Positions 1-9,290 of a DNA stretch of 64,000 nucleotides are shown here, piece after piece (positions within the stretch are counted from its first letter, which is position 1; the number at the start of each line of letters is the position of its first letter). The stretch comes from an uncultured Chloroflexia bacterium. GTDB taxonomy: Bacteria; Chloroflexota; Limnocylindria; Limnocylindrales; CSP1-4. Under the pieces are notes generated by a model that had not been told where the DNA came from, did not search any database, and saw nothing but the letters and a program-made list of their open reading frames with translations. Location: assembly GCA_963713975.1 (NCBI GenBank), contig OY970218.1, positions 1,440,001-1,504,000 of the forward strand. Direction: 5' to 3'. The position numbers and the translations under genes are program-made.

Positions 1-172
1 GGCCCAGGTAGTCGTTCGAGGACAGGCTGATGACGCGTCGGTCGTCGAGCGACACGATCGGCCCCTGGGCGCTGCTCATGACCCGCAGCGGCCGGTACAG
101 GTGGCGCTCGCGGAGGGCGGCCAGCTCGTCGTCCAGGAACGCGAGCGGGTTGGGGGTGCTTGCCGAGCCCAT
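1..172 (-). CDS. kbl: Glycine C-acetyltransferase / 8-amino-7-oxononanoate synthase family PLP enzyme, N-terminus (runs off window)
   Basis: Translation MGSASTPNPLAFLDDELAALRERHLYRPLRVMSSAQGP...VISLSSNDYLG carries the class II aminotransferase SNxYLG motif; AGGAG RBS; directly downstream of tdh. Confidence 0.85.
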   Translation of the reverse strand, partial: MGSASTPNPLAFLDDELAALRERHLYRPLRVMSSAQGPIVSLDDRRVISLSSNDYLG

Positions 173-193
173 GGGGGTCTCCTGCGCCACGGC

Positions 194-1222
194 CTAGACC
201 GTCCAGTCCATGATCACCTTGCCGGCGTCGCCAGATCGGGCCGTCTCGAACGCCGTCTCGAACTCCCGGAACCCGAAGCGGTGGGTGATCGCGGGCGTGA
301 TGTCGAGCCCCGACTGGACCATCACGGTCATCTTGTACCAGGTCTCGTACATCTCGCGGCCGTAGATGCCCCGGATCGTGAGCAGCTTGAACACGATCTC
401 GTTGACGTCGAGGCTGATGTCCTGGGTGGGGATCCCCAGGATGGCGATGGAGCCGCCGTGGGCCATATTGTCCATCGCCGTCCGGATGGCGGCGGCGGCA
501 CCGGACATCTCGAGCGCGACGTCGAAGCCCTCCACCATTCCCAGCTCGCGCTGGACGTCCGCGAGGTCCTGCGCCCCCGGGTCGACCGCAATGGTGGCGC
601 CCATGCGGGTGGCGAGCTCACGACGGACCGCGTTGGGCTCCGAGACGACCACGAACCGGGCGCCGGCATGGCGGACGACCGCCGTGGCCATCAGGCCGAT
701 CGGGCCGGCCCCGGTGATCAGCACGTCCTCGCCCAGCACCGGGAACGCGAGGGCCGTGTGCACGGCGTTGCCAAAGGGATCGAAGATGGCGGCGACCTCC
801 TCCTCGATGCCCGGCCAGTGGTGCCAGACGTTGGTCATCGGCAGCACGACGTACTCCGCGAAGGCGCCGGCGCGGCCGACGCCTAGGCCCACGGTGTTGG
901 CGCACAGGTGGCGGCGGCCGGCGAGGCAGTGGCGGCACCGGCCGCAGGTCACATGACCCTCACCGCTGACGATGTCGCCGGGGTGGAAGTCCACGACGTT
1001 AGAGCCAACCTCGGCGATCTCCCCCACGAACTCATGGCCGACGATCAGCGGCGGCTCGATCGATCGGGCCGCCCAGGGGTCCCACGACTCGATGTGCAGG
1101 TCGGTGCCGCAGATGCCTGTCCGATGCACGCGGATGAGGACGTCGTTGATCCCGGGGACTGGGTCCGGGACGATCTCCAGCGACAGGCCCGGGCCGGGCG
1201 CGGTCTTCACGAGAGCGAGCAT
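194..1222 (-). CDS. tdh: L-threonine 3-dehydrogenase
   Basis: [23 protein letters not shown]...C Zn motifs; GAGPIG; [12 protein letters not shown]; [14 protein letters not shown]; adjacent to kbl. Confidence 0.95.
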   Translation of the reverse strand: MLALVKTAPGPGLSLEIVPDPVPGINDVLIRVHRTGICGTDLHIESWDPWAARSIEPPLIVGHEFVGEIAEVGSNVVDFHPGDIVSGEGHVTCGRCRHCLAGRRHLCANTVGLGVGRAGAFAEYVVLPMTNVWHHWPGIEEEVAAIFDPFGNAVHTALAFPVLGEDVLITGAGPIGLMATAVVRHAGARFVVVSEPNAVRRELATRMGATIAVDPGAQDLADVQRELGMVEGFDVALEMSGAAAAIRTAMDNMAHGGSIAILGIPTQDISLDVNEIVFKLLTIRGIYGREMYETWYKMTVMVQSGLDITPAITHRFGFREFETAFETARSGDAGKVIMDWTV

Positions 1223-1262
1223 GTGCGGCTCCTGCTTCCCGGTTCCCGGCGCCGCCCCCAGG

Positions 1263-2240
1263 TCAGGGGGCGGGCCTGGGGTCGTCGGTCCAGTCGACGA
1301 TCGGATTCTCCACCACGCCGATGCCCTCGATCTCGCACCGGACGCGGTCGCCGGGCTCGAGGAAGACCGGCGGATCACGGAAGACGCCAACGCCTGCTGG
1401 TGTGCCCGTCGCGATCAGGTCCCCGGGCTCCAGCGTGATGTGTCGCGAGATGTAGCTCACCAGGGCGGGCACGTCATAGAGCATGTCGGCCGTATTTCCA
1501 CCCTGCATAGGGATGGGCGTGCCCGCGTCCGGGCCGGAGCCGGGGATGCGCCAGCTGCGCAGGGCGAGACCCTCCCTCGGGTCGAGCTCGTCCGCGGTGA
1601 CGAATACGGGTCCGACGGGAAGGAAGGTGTCGCTGCCCTTCGCCCGCAGCCACTGGCCGTCACCCTTCTCGCCCTCGCGCAGGGCCTGCGGATTGCCCTG
1701 CCAGTCACGGGCGCTCACGTCGTTGACCACCACGTAGCCGGCGACATGGTCGAGCGCCTCCTGCTCCGTCACCCGCCTGGCTGCCCTGCCGATGACGACG
1801 CCGAGCTCCACCTCGAGATCGAGCGCGCGGGTGCCCTCGGGGCGCACGATCGCGTCGCCGTCACCGATGACCGCGTTGGGGAACTTGGCAAACAGCATCG
1901 GGCGGTCGGGGACCCCGCGCCCGCCCTCGCGTGCGTGATCGCCGTAGTTGAGGCCGACGCAGACGATCTTGCCGGTCGCGAACGGATCGAGGACCGGCGC
2001 CGGTCGGCGGGCTTCCAGGTCGAGGGTCGGAGCGCCGCGCCTCGTGGCCCGCTCGACTGCACGCCGGACCCTGCGCAGGCCGTGGTCCCTGGTCTGGAGC
2101 TCGAATAGGACGCCCATGTGCGAGCTGCCCCGCTCCAGGCGGCCACGCTTCTCGAGCTGGGACCCGGTGACCAGTTGCCCGTCGACCAGCACGCCGAATC
2201 GCTGGCAGCCGAACCGGTCGAAATAGGCGTACAAGCGCAT
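1263..2240 (-). CDS. Fumarylacetoacetate hydrolase family protein
   Basis: [59 protein letters not shown]. Confidence 0.92.
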   Translation of the reverse strand: MRLYAYFDRFGCQRFGVLVDGQLVTGSQLEKRGRLERGSSHMGVLFELQTRDHGLRRVRRAVERATRRGAPTLDLEARRPAPVLDPFATGKIVCVGLNYGDHAREGGRGVPDRPMLFAKFPNAVIGDGDAIVRPEGTRALDLEVELGVVIGRAARRVTEQEALDHVAGYVVVNDVSARDWQGNPQALREGEKGDGQWLRAKGSDTFLPVGPVFVTADELDPREGLALRSWRIPGSGPDAGTPIPMQGGNTADMLYDVPALVSYISRHITLEPGDLIATGTPAGVGVFRDPPVFLEPGDRVRCEIEGIGVVENPIVDWTDDPRPAP

Positions 2241-2254
2241 CGGGGCTCCGTGGG

Positions 2255-3091
2255 CTAGGGGGTCGGGCTGGGCGCCGCGGACGCGCCGACCGGCGCGCTC
2301 GGGGACGGGACGGCGCACTGCGGCTCGGGCGGAGCGACCCAGCGGCCGTCCGAGACCCGCTCGCCGTAGCGCAGGTAGAAGTCATAGATCGCAGCGGGGT
2401 CGAGGGTGTCGAGGTAGATCACGCGATCCCAGACCAGCGCCGCGAACCTGGTGGGCAGCTCCTCGAAGCGGGCGACGACCGGACCCACCAGGCCGGCCGG
2501 CAGGTTGCAGATCGCACTGTTGGGGAAGCCGGCGGCCGTGTCCCGAAGGGCCTGTGTCGCGGCGTCGTCACAGGCGCCCTGCTGGCAGGAGTAGAGGAGG
2601 ACCAGGCCACCGTGCTCCAGGTTGTGGACCCAGCCGTTGGGGATGCTCTGGTCGTCGGGTCCGTAGACCTTGGGCTCGAGCGGCCCGTAGCCGGTCTTGT
2701 TGACGTGCTTGCCCGACGCCGGGGGGCAGACCTGGTAGGTCACCCTGTCGCCGGCCTGGACGTGGCCGGTGCCCTGGTCCGGCTGGACCTGGCCCAGCTG
2801 GCCGTCCGCCGCGGCCTGGACGGTGTCGATGGAGGTGCAGGCATAGGCGGGGGCCGCCGCGCTGGTGAGCGCGTAGGCACTCACGCCCACGACGACCGCG
2901 ATCACGACCAGGGCCAGGACCGGTGTCCGGAGGCGCTGGAGCGTCGTCTTCTGGGCCTGGCGCGGGCGTGGCGTGTCACGTCGGCCCGCGCGCCGGGTGC
3001 CGGTGGGCGCGGTGCTCCTGGATCGGGATTGCCCGCCCTGCTCGACTGCGGGGCCCGCGTCCTGGCCGGGCGTCTGGCTGGCGTCGCTCAC
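2255..3091 (-). CDS. DUF3105-domain membrane-anchored protein
   Basis: One TM helix, then PPASGKH, WVHNLEHGGLVLLY and AALVWD motifs; GGAG RBS before GTG. Confidence 0.8.
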   Translation of the reverse strand: MSDASQTPGQDAGPAVEQGGQSRSRSTAPTGTRRAGRRDTPRPRQAQKTTLQRLRTPVLALVVIAVVVGVSAYALTSAAAPAYACTSIDTVQAAADGQLGQVQPDQGTGHVQAGDRVTYQVCPPASGKHVNKTGYGPLEPKVYGPDDQSIPNGWVHNLEHGGLVLLYSCQQGACDDAATQALRDTAAGFPNSAICNLPAGLVGPVVARFEELPTRFAALVWDRVIYLDTLDPAAIYDFYLRYGERVSDGRWVAPPEPQCAVPSPSAPVGASAAPSPTP

Positions 3092-3425
3092 GTGGCTGCT
3101 CCGGGGTGGGGGTCGGCGGTACCGGCCGGGCCGGTCGCCGCCGCGTCGCGAGGGGTCCGCGATGCTGCGCGAAGGGTAGCGCCACCCGTCATGGAGCGCG
3201 CGAGTGCGGGCGGCGGGTCGGGCCGCGGTCCCGCAGGCATCAGGGATGGCTCTCACCCGCGGGCCCCGTTGTCTGTCCGCGTGGCGGACCATTCAGCGAA
3301 CGCGATCGTCGGTTGGTCCGCCACGCGGCCTCAACGCGATCCGAACCGCCAACGGGCCGTCACCGAACCTCTTGCTGCCCGCTATCGGCGGACAGAACAG
3401 CGAACGCGCTCGCCAGATGGTCCTC

Positions 3426-3479
3426 CCAGCGGACCAGCGGACCAGCGGCCCTGCGGACCAGCGGACCAGCGGCCCAGCG
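3426..3479. repeat. 8-bp tandem repeat (CCAGCGGA), about 6.75 copies
   Basis: ccagcgga ccagcgga ccagcggc cctgcgga ccagcgga ccagcggc ccagcg read directly. Confidence 0.9.
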
Positions 3480-3484
3480 CCCTT

Positions 3485-3856
3485 TCAGGGCTCGCTCAGC
3501 CAGGTTCGCACCTCGGGCCGGGTGAGCCCGAAGAACAGCAGCGCTGCGAGCGCCGCCACGACGACCGCCGCGATCGGTTGCGCCGCGAGCAGGGCGAGGG
3601 GGATGGCGGGGATCGTGAGCGTGGACAGGCCTAGTGCGAGGGGACGTCCGGCCTCCTTGCGCTGCAGGACGAGCGTCGTGGTGAAGATGGTGTACGCCAG
3701 CAGGATCATCACGACCACGCCGGGCAGGGAGAGCGGCGCGCTGATCGACTGGTCCACCACCCAGCGGAGCGACAGGCCGATGAGGCCCAGCACGAGGAAG
3801 GCGTAGCCGAGGAAGACGCGGACGCCACCGGGCATCACGCGGAACTGGCGGAGCAT
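3485..3856 (-). CDS. Small 4-TM membrane protein, unknown function
   Basis: 123 aa with four hydrophobic segments; TGnCATGAT -10 six nt before ATG. Confidence 0.75.
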   Translation of the reverse strand: MLRQFRVMPGGVRVFLGYAFLVLGLIGLSLRWVVDQSISAPLSLPGVVVMILLAYTIFTTTLVLQRKEAGRPLALGLSTLTIPAIPLALLAAQPIAAVVVAALAALLFFGLTRPEVRTWLSEP

Positions 3857-4049
3857 GCCCCGATCATGCCACCAGCCGGCCACCGCCGTGCCGGGTGTGG
3901 CGGCGACCCGTCCATGCTCGTGGTGTTCGGATGTCCAGCCCCGGGACGTCGCGGGTCCGGGGCAGGTGGCAATCTTCCTGGTGCATCGACTGTCTGACAT
4001 CCCATGGCCCCAGCCCGCAGCGCCGGGCCCCCTGCTCCTGAGGTCTACC

Positions 4050-5597
4050 GTGCCGATCGACACCCCCGACTGGGTCAAGGGCGCCGTGTTCTACCAGGTG
4101 TTCCCGGACAGGTTCGCCCGCAGCGGGCGCGTTCAGGCTCCGGGAGCGCTGGAGCCGTGGGATGCCCCTCCCACGACTTTCGGGTTCAAGGGCGGCGACC
4201 TGTATGGCGTGGCCGACCGGCTCGACTACCTGGCCGACCTGGGGATCACCGCGATCTACCTCAACCCGATCTTCGCCTCGGCCTCCAACCACCGCTACCA
4301 CACGTACGACTACTTCGCGGTGGACCCGCTGCTGGGCGGTGACGCGGCATTCCGGCACCTGCTGGACGAGGCGCATGCGCGCAGCATGCGCGTGATCATC
4401 GACGGCGTCTTCAACCACGCTAGCCGTGGCTTCTGGCCGTTCAACCACGTCCTGGAGTGCGGCCTCGGCTCCCCGTATCTCGACTGGTTCCACGTGGACC
4501 GTGAGGCGTTGGCCGCGGGCCGCTCGCTGCGCGCGTATCCGGATGAGAGCCTCCGCCATGCCCTCGAGCAGGCCGGCGGGTCGGACCACTTCGGATCGGA
4601 ATCCGTCTCGGGGCTGGGGTACCGGGCCTGGTGGAACCTCCCCGCGCTCCCGAAGCTGAACACCGACAACCCCCACGTCCGCGAGTACCTGATGTCGGTC
4701 GCGGAGCACTGGATCCGGTTCGGCGCAGACGGGTGGCGCCTCGACGTCGCCGCGGAGATCGACGACGACGACTTCTGGCGGGAGTTCCGGCGCCGGGTCA
4801 AGGCCGTCAAGCCCGAGGCCTACATCGTGGCGGAGGTGTGGGTCGAGGACCACCGGTGGCTCCAGGGCGACCAGTTCGACGCGTACATGAACTACCCGCT
4901 GGGGTTTGCCGCCCTCTCCTTCGCTGCGGGCTCACACCGCGACCAGCACGCCATCGACCAGCACGGCGATGTCAGGCAGGGCGTCCGCGAGGAGGATGGC
5001 GCGGGCTTCCTGCGGCGTGTCGAGCACCAGCTGACGGTCTACGATCCCGAGATCATCGCCGTCCAGCTCAACCTGCTGGGCAGTCATGACATGCCCCGCA
5101 TCCTCACGATCTGCGCGGGCGACCTGGACGCGGTCCGCATGGCGACGCTCATCCAGATGACGCTCACCGGGGCCCCGTGCATCTACTACGGCGACGAGAT
5201 CGGCATGAGCGGGGGCCACGATCCCGAGTGCCGGCGGGCGTTCCCGGTGGACGATGGCGAGTGGGACCTCGACCTGCGCGCCTTCACGCGCGGCCTGATC
5301 GCGCTGCGCCACGCCAACCCGGTGCTGCATGACGGTGCCTTCGCCGCCGTCGGCTCCAACGGCCAGGCCGCCGCCTACACCATGTCCGACGCGACGAGGG
5401 CGTTCGTGATCGGCATCAACGCGGGCGAGGAGCAGGCCCGCCTGGAGATCTCCTTGCCCGCACTGGATGGTCGAACCTTGCAGCCGGTCTCGCCGGACGG
5501 TTGGGCATGGAGTCCGGGGAGCCCGGTGACCGTGTCCGGCGGGACGGTCCTGCTCGACCTGCCGGCGCGTGGTGCCCGGATCCTGCGCGCCCGCTGA
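4050..5597 (+). CDS. GH13 glycoside hydrolase (cyclomaltodextrinase/neopullulanase-like)
   Basis: PDWVKGAVFYQVFPDRF, SNHRYHTYDY, DGVFNH, GWRLDVA, EVW, SHD, YYGDEIG conserved regions. Confidence 0.93.
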   Translation: MPIDTPDWVKGAVFYQVFPDRFARSGRVQAPGALEPWDAPPTTFGFKGGDLYGVADRLDYLADLGITAIYLNPIFASASNHRYHTYDYFAVDPLLGGDAAFRHLLDEAHARSMRVIIDGVFNHASRGFWPFNHVLECGLGSPYLDWFHVDREALAAGRSLRAYPDESLRHALEQAGGSDHFGSESVSGLGYRAWWNLPALPKLNTDNPHVREYLMSVAEHWIRFGADGWRLDVAAEIDDDDFWREFRRRVKAVKPEAYIVAEVWVEDHRWLQGDQFDAYMNYPLGFAALSFAAGSHRDQHAIDQHGDVRQGVREEDGAGFLRRVEHQLTVYDPEIIAVQLNLLGSHDMPRILTICAGDLDAVRMATLIQMTLTGAPCIYYGDEIGMSGGHDPECRRAFPVDDGEWDLDLRAFTRGLIALRHANPVLHDGAFAAVGSNGQAAAYTMSDATRAFVIGINAGEEQARLEISLPALDGRTLQPVSPDGWAWSPGSPVTVSGGTVLLDLPARGARILRAR

Positions 5598-5711
5598 CCG
5601 GGGGGCCGGCACGGGCCCGTGGCCCGCGAGCATCCCAGTCCCCGGAGAGCCATCCGCCCGGTAACCGGGCGGCAACATGCGGGTGCCGGTGTGTTGATAT
5701 GCTCGCGGCCC

Positions 5712-6335
5712 GTGTCAGACCTACCGTTCGCGAGCGTCGCGTCCCTTTCCGATCGGCTTGGTGATGTCATGGACATCGAAGCCAAGATCCCACGCGCCCT
5801 CGAGTCCCTCGGGCCACTGGCCGGCCGTGACGTGGTCATGATCGAGGTGCCGGGCACGTCGTGGGCGGAGCGCCTTCGCGCTGCAGGCGCGGATCCGCGG
5901 GCTGTGGCGGCCGATTGGCCGCTGGATCTCGGTGTGGCGGACGGCTCGCAGGACGCGGTGGTCGCCCTCTGGACCGGCTTCCGCGGCGTGGACGCCGCGA
6001 GTCTCGCCGAGGCCGACCGCGTGCTCCGGCCGGCGGGACGCCTGCTGGTGGTTCACGACTACGGCCGTGACGACATCGCCGCGCTGCGTGATCCGGATGC
6101 GCCCGAGTTCCGCTCCTGGAGCAGGCGCGAGGGCCCCTTCCTCAGGGACGCTGGCTTCAAGATCCGGGTGGTGCACTGCTTCTGGACCTTTTCCTCGCTC
6201 GACCATGCCCGAGAGACGCTGGAGGCGTTCGGCGATCGCGGTGCGGCGGTGGCAGCCGGCCTCAGCCGGCCCCGCCTGTCCTGGAACGTGGCGGTCTATC
6301 ACCGGTGGCGCGGCGGCCAGGCTCCGCCGGATTGA
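5712..6335 (+). CDS. Class I SAM methyltransferase-like protein with degenerate motif I
   Basis: DGSQDAVV and EADRVLRPAGRLLVV motifs; no clear GxGxG. Confidence 0.6.
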   Translation: MSDLPFASVASLSDRLGDVMDIEAKIPRALESLGPLAGRDVVMIEVPGTSWAERLRAAGADPRAVAADWPLDLGVADGSQDAVVALWTGFRGVDAASLAEADRVLRPAGRLLVVHDYGRDDIAALRDPDAPEFRSWSRREGPFLRDAGFKIRVVHCFWTFSSLDHARETLEAFGDRGAAVAAGLSRPRLSWNVAVYHRWRGGQAPPD

Positions 6336-6375
6336 CCATGCCCGGTCGCGCGCCCTCCCTGCTACGCTCGTGGCC

Positions 6376-6756
6376 ATGAGCGGTCGGACCCGGCAGGAGC
6401 GGCAATCCCAGGTGTCGCGCCGCGGGCCGCACCTCGGGCCGGTCGCGATTACGCCGCTGCGCGTGATGCTCCTGGTCGCGCTCCTGGGTGGCGTGGCATT
6501 CCTCGTGTGGTCGGTGGTCGTCCGCGACCAGCTCCAGGTGCCGCTGATGGCGACCGGGTTCGCCGTGATCGGGCTGGTGTTCGCGGCGATGGCCGTTCTG
6601 TCCATCCGTTCGGTGGTGCGTGCGGGGCGCGAAGGACGTGACGGGACCGCCGTGATCACCGCGCTCGCCGGCGGGCTGTTGGCGCTGGCGGCCCTGATGT
6701 CCCTCGCGGCGGCGATGATCATGAGCATGATCTGGAGCGGGTCCGGCGGGACCTGA
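6376..6756 (+). CDS. Small 3-TM membrane protein, unknown function
   Basis: Three hydrophobic helices; TGnTACGCT -10 seven nt before ATG. Confidence 0.7.
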   Translation: MSGRTRQERQSQVSRRGPHLGPVAITPLRVMLLVALLGGVAFLVWSVVVRDQLQVPLMATGFAVIGLVFAAMAVLSIRSVVRAGREGRDGTAVITALAGGLLALAALMSLAAAMIMSMIWSGSGGT

Positions 6757-6789
6757 CTGGTACACTCGGCCGGCCCTTCGGCGCTCGGA

Positions 6790-6866
6790 GCCCCCATCGT
6801 CTAGAGGCCTAGGACGCCACCCTTTCAAGGTGGAGATCGCCGGTTCGAATCCGGCTGGGGGTACCA
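6790..6866 (+). tRNA. tRNA-Glu (TTC)
   Basis: GCCCCCA/TGGGGGT acceptor stem, anticodon arm CCACC-CTTTCAA-GGTGG, GGTTCGAATCC T-arm, encoded CCA; TGGTACACT promoter upstream. Confidence 0.97.
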
Positions 6867-6971
6867 CCACCTGGGTGGCCGCCTCAGCCGGCACCCCTTG
6901 GCTGCTCTGACCGGACCCGCCCGAGGCATCCCCACCCGACGTGTGCTGTCCGATTGCGGCATGCTGGCCCC

Positions 6972-7928
6972 ATGCCGCTGGTTCCCTTCGGCCACGCCCA
7001 TGTCCTGCCTGCGGCGGAGCTCGTCGCGGCCGGGGTGGCAGGCCTGCGCACGCGGGTGCCCGTGCTCCCGGCGGCCTGGGCGGACGCGGCGCATGTCGCG
7101 AGGGCGTTGACCGGCCTGGCGGACCGTGGCGCGGGCCTGGCCGCGCTTGACGATGGCGTGCTGGTCGCGTTCCAGGCGGCCCTCACCCTCGACGGGCGCG
7201 GTGGCCGCTGGACCTACACGCCCGACGTGGGCCATGCCGCGCCCCCGGACCCGCTGGGCCGGCTCCGTGTCCGCATCTACGCGGAGCTGGCGGACGCCTG
7301 GATCCGGGCCGCCTGCGCGGAGCACGTCGTCAGCGTGCGGGCAGACGACGAGGTGGCGATGGCCACGTACGCGCGACTTGGCTTCGGGCACCACGTCGTG
7401 GACCTCGTGGCAGACCTGGGTCCCATCGCGGCCGGTCCACTGCCGGACGGCGTGACAATCCGGGCTGCGCTCCCCGCCGACGCCGCGGCCGTCATGGACC
7501 TGGACGCCGGCCTCCGGCGCCACCTCGAATCGTCGCCCGTCTTCCTCCGGCTCGGCGCCGCATCGCCGCTCGAGGTCCATCGCCGACGTCTCGAGGATGC
7601 GTCCGGCACCACCTTCGTCGCCGAACGTGACGGGTCACTCGTGGCGTTCCTGCGCATTGGAACGTGTGCCACCGACGTGGCCACGATCGTCCGTGACCCG
7701 GCCACGGCGAGCGTGACGGCCGCGTTCACGAGGCCGGAGGTCCGGCGTCTCGAGGTGGGCTCGCACCTGCTGGCCGCGGCCGTCGAATGGGCCCACGAGG
7801 CGGGCTACGTCCGATGGGCGGTCGACCACGAGTCGGCGAACGGCGAGGCCGCGCGCTTCTGGGCCCGGCACGCCGTGCCGGTCACCGTCTCCATGAGCCG
7901 TCGGCTGGCCCCCGGGATCGTCCCCTGA
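6972..7928 (+). CDS. Tandem GNAT N-acetyltransferase
   Basis: Two GNAT-like halves (ATYARLGFG; VTIRAALPAD...TRPEVRRLEVGSHLL...ANGEAARFW). Confidence 0.8.
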   Translation: MPLVPFGHAHVLPAAELVAAGVAGLRTRVPVLPAAWADAAHVARALTGLADRGAGLAALDDGVLVAFQAALTLDGRGGRWTYTPDVGHAAPPDPLGRLRVRIYAELADAWIRAACAEHVVSVRADDEVAMATYARLGFGHHVVDLVADLGPIAAGPLPDGVTIRAALPADAAAVMDLDAGLRRHLESSPVFLRLGAASPLEVHRRRLEDASGTTFVAERDGSLVAFLRIGTCATDVATIVRDPATASVTAAFTRPEVRRLEVGSHLLAAAVEWAHEAGYVRWAVDHESANGEAARFWARHAVPVTVSMSRRLAPGIVP

Positions 7929-7979
7929 GTCACGCTGCCGGGCCGTCCGGCACCGTGGTGCCCTGCTATCCTCCGGGCG

Positions 7980-8333
7980 ATGGAGATCATGGGCGTGACG
8001 ATCCGCACCATCGTCAACGACACCGTCGCAATCCGCTGTGACGGGTGCCGGGACGTGATCCCGGGGACGCCGTGGCGGGTCAGCCTGCTCGACATCGTTG
8101 CCCCCGAGGTGGCCGTCGGCTGGACGGAGACGTCGCCGGTCAACCCGGGGCCCCACCAGTTCCACTCGGATCCCGCATGCGTGCGGCGCTGGATGTCGGA
8201 GCGGGGCTACCTGTACTGCCGACGGGGCGAGGTCCGCGAGATCATGCGCCCCGTGGCTCTCCCCACGGAGCCTCCGACGTGGGGCCTGTGCGACGGCATC
8301 CACCGCGACGACCACGAGTTCGTCCCCGCCTGA
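7980..8333 (+). CDS. Small Cys/His-rich putative metal-binding protein
   Basis: CDGC, HxxxxC, C, CDGIHRDDH; high GC3 codon pattern; alternative start 7989. Confidence 0.7.
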   Translation: MEIMGVTIRTIVNDTVAIRCDGCRDVIPGTPWRVSLLDIVAPEVAVGWTETSPVNPGPHQFHSDPACVRRWMSERGYLYCRRGEVREIMRPVALPTEPPTWGLCDGIHRDDHEFVPA

Positions 8334-8397
8334 GTCGAGGTGCGCGGCCGCGATCGACGAGCCCGGAGCGGTGCCGGACAAGCCCTGGGCGGCACGT

Positions 8398-8473
8398 TTG
8401 ACGCCCTTCACGCGCCGTCCTAGACTCGCCCCCTCCGGCCAGTAGACTCGACCTAGTTTTACCTAGGTTAGTC
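8398..8473 (+). promoter_or_regulatory. Sigma70-type promoter (TTGACG-N17-TAGACT) with downstream putative operator repeats
   Basis: -35 at 8398-8403, -10 at 8421-8426; TAGACTCG repeated at 8443; ACCTAG at 8451 and 8461; locally AT-enriched. Confidence 0.7.
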
Positions 8474-8513
8474 GTCCCCTGATCCCCGGCCGGGGTCCCG
8501 ACACGGAGGACAC

Positions 8514-9284
8514 GTGCCCGATCAGCGGTCACCCGGTGGACGGCCCCAGCCAGACCGACTCGCGCTCGGCGAGGCGAGCCGCCTCCTGGGAGTCGATCCG
8601 GACACCCTCCGGCGCTGGGCCGATGAGGGACGCGTGCCGGCCTTCACGACACCGGGTGGTCACCGGCGGTTCGAGCGTCGGGCACTCGAGCGCCTGATCG
8701 CCGCCCGCCGCACGGGCCCCGCCGGTTCGCTGGCGGGTCTCGGTGCCAGCCCCGACCGCCTGAGTGCCGCCTACCGCCGCCGTTACGGCGAGCGCCATGG
8801 CCTGACACCGGACCCGCGGACCCAGGTGCCAGCGTCGGAGCGGGACTCGTTCCGCGAGATGGGGCGACTGCTGGTGGACGCGCTCGTGCGGCACATCGAC
8901 GAGTCCGGCCCCGGTCGGGCCATGGCTGAGCGTGACGCCGTGAACCTCGCCGCCCACCTCGGCGAGCGCCTCGCCCTGAACGGCGTGCCGCTCGGGGACG
9001 GGGTCTCGATGTTCGTGTCCGCGCGGCGGCCGTTCCTGGCCGAGCTGCGCGTCGTCGCCCGCAGGCGTGGCGTGGACGGGTCTCGCGTGGTGGACCTCTA
9101 CGAGACCTCGACCGGCCTCCTCGACCGGCTGCTGCTCGCCTTCGTGGCGGCCCACGAGGTGGCGGGCCGGGAGATGACCGAGGCGGAGGGGCGGCTCGGC
9201 GAGTCACCGGAAGCGGGTGGTGACCGCCCCGGCCCCGCGGCGCCATCCGCGGCACGCTCGTCCGGCGCTCGCGGCACGACCTGA
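8514..9284 (+). CDS. MerR/excisionase-type (BldC-like) HTH regulator with C-terminal all-helical domain
   Basis: LALGEASRLLGVDPDTLRRWADEGRVPAFTTPGGHRRF; GGAGG RBS before GTG. Confidence 0.85.
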   Translation: MPDQRSPGGRPQPDRLALGEASRLLGVDPDTLRRWADEGRVPAFTTPGGHRRFERRALERLIAARRTGPAGSLAGLGASPDRLSAAYRRRYGERHGLTPDPRTQVPASERDSFREMGRLLVDALVRHIDESGPGRAMAERDAVNLAAHLGERLALNGVPLGDGVSMFVSARRPFLAELRVVARRRGVDGSRVVDLYETSTGLLDRLLLAFVAAHEVAGREMTEAEGRLGESPEAGGDRPGPAAPSAARSSGARGTT

Positions 9285-9290
9285 CCGGCG

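Noticed and set aside
3283-3479. Possible CRISPR array
   Set aside because: Only two imperfect 25-nt copies 104 nt apart plus an 8-bp tandem repeat; no regular spacers and no cas genes
6790-9284. Integrative element at tRNA-Glu (excisionase-like HTH nearby)
   Set aside because: No integrase, no repeat of the tRNA 3' end seen, no evident compositional shift; the HTH is fused to a large domain and looks like a regulator
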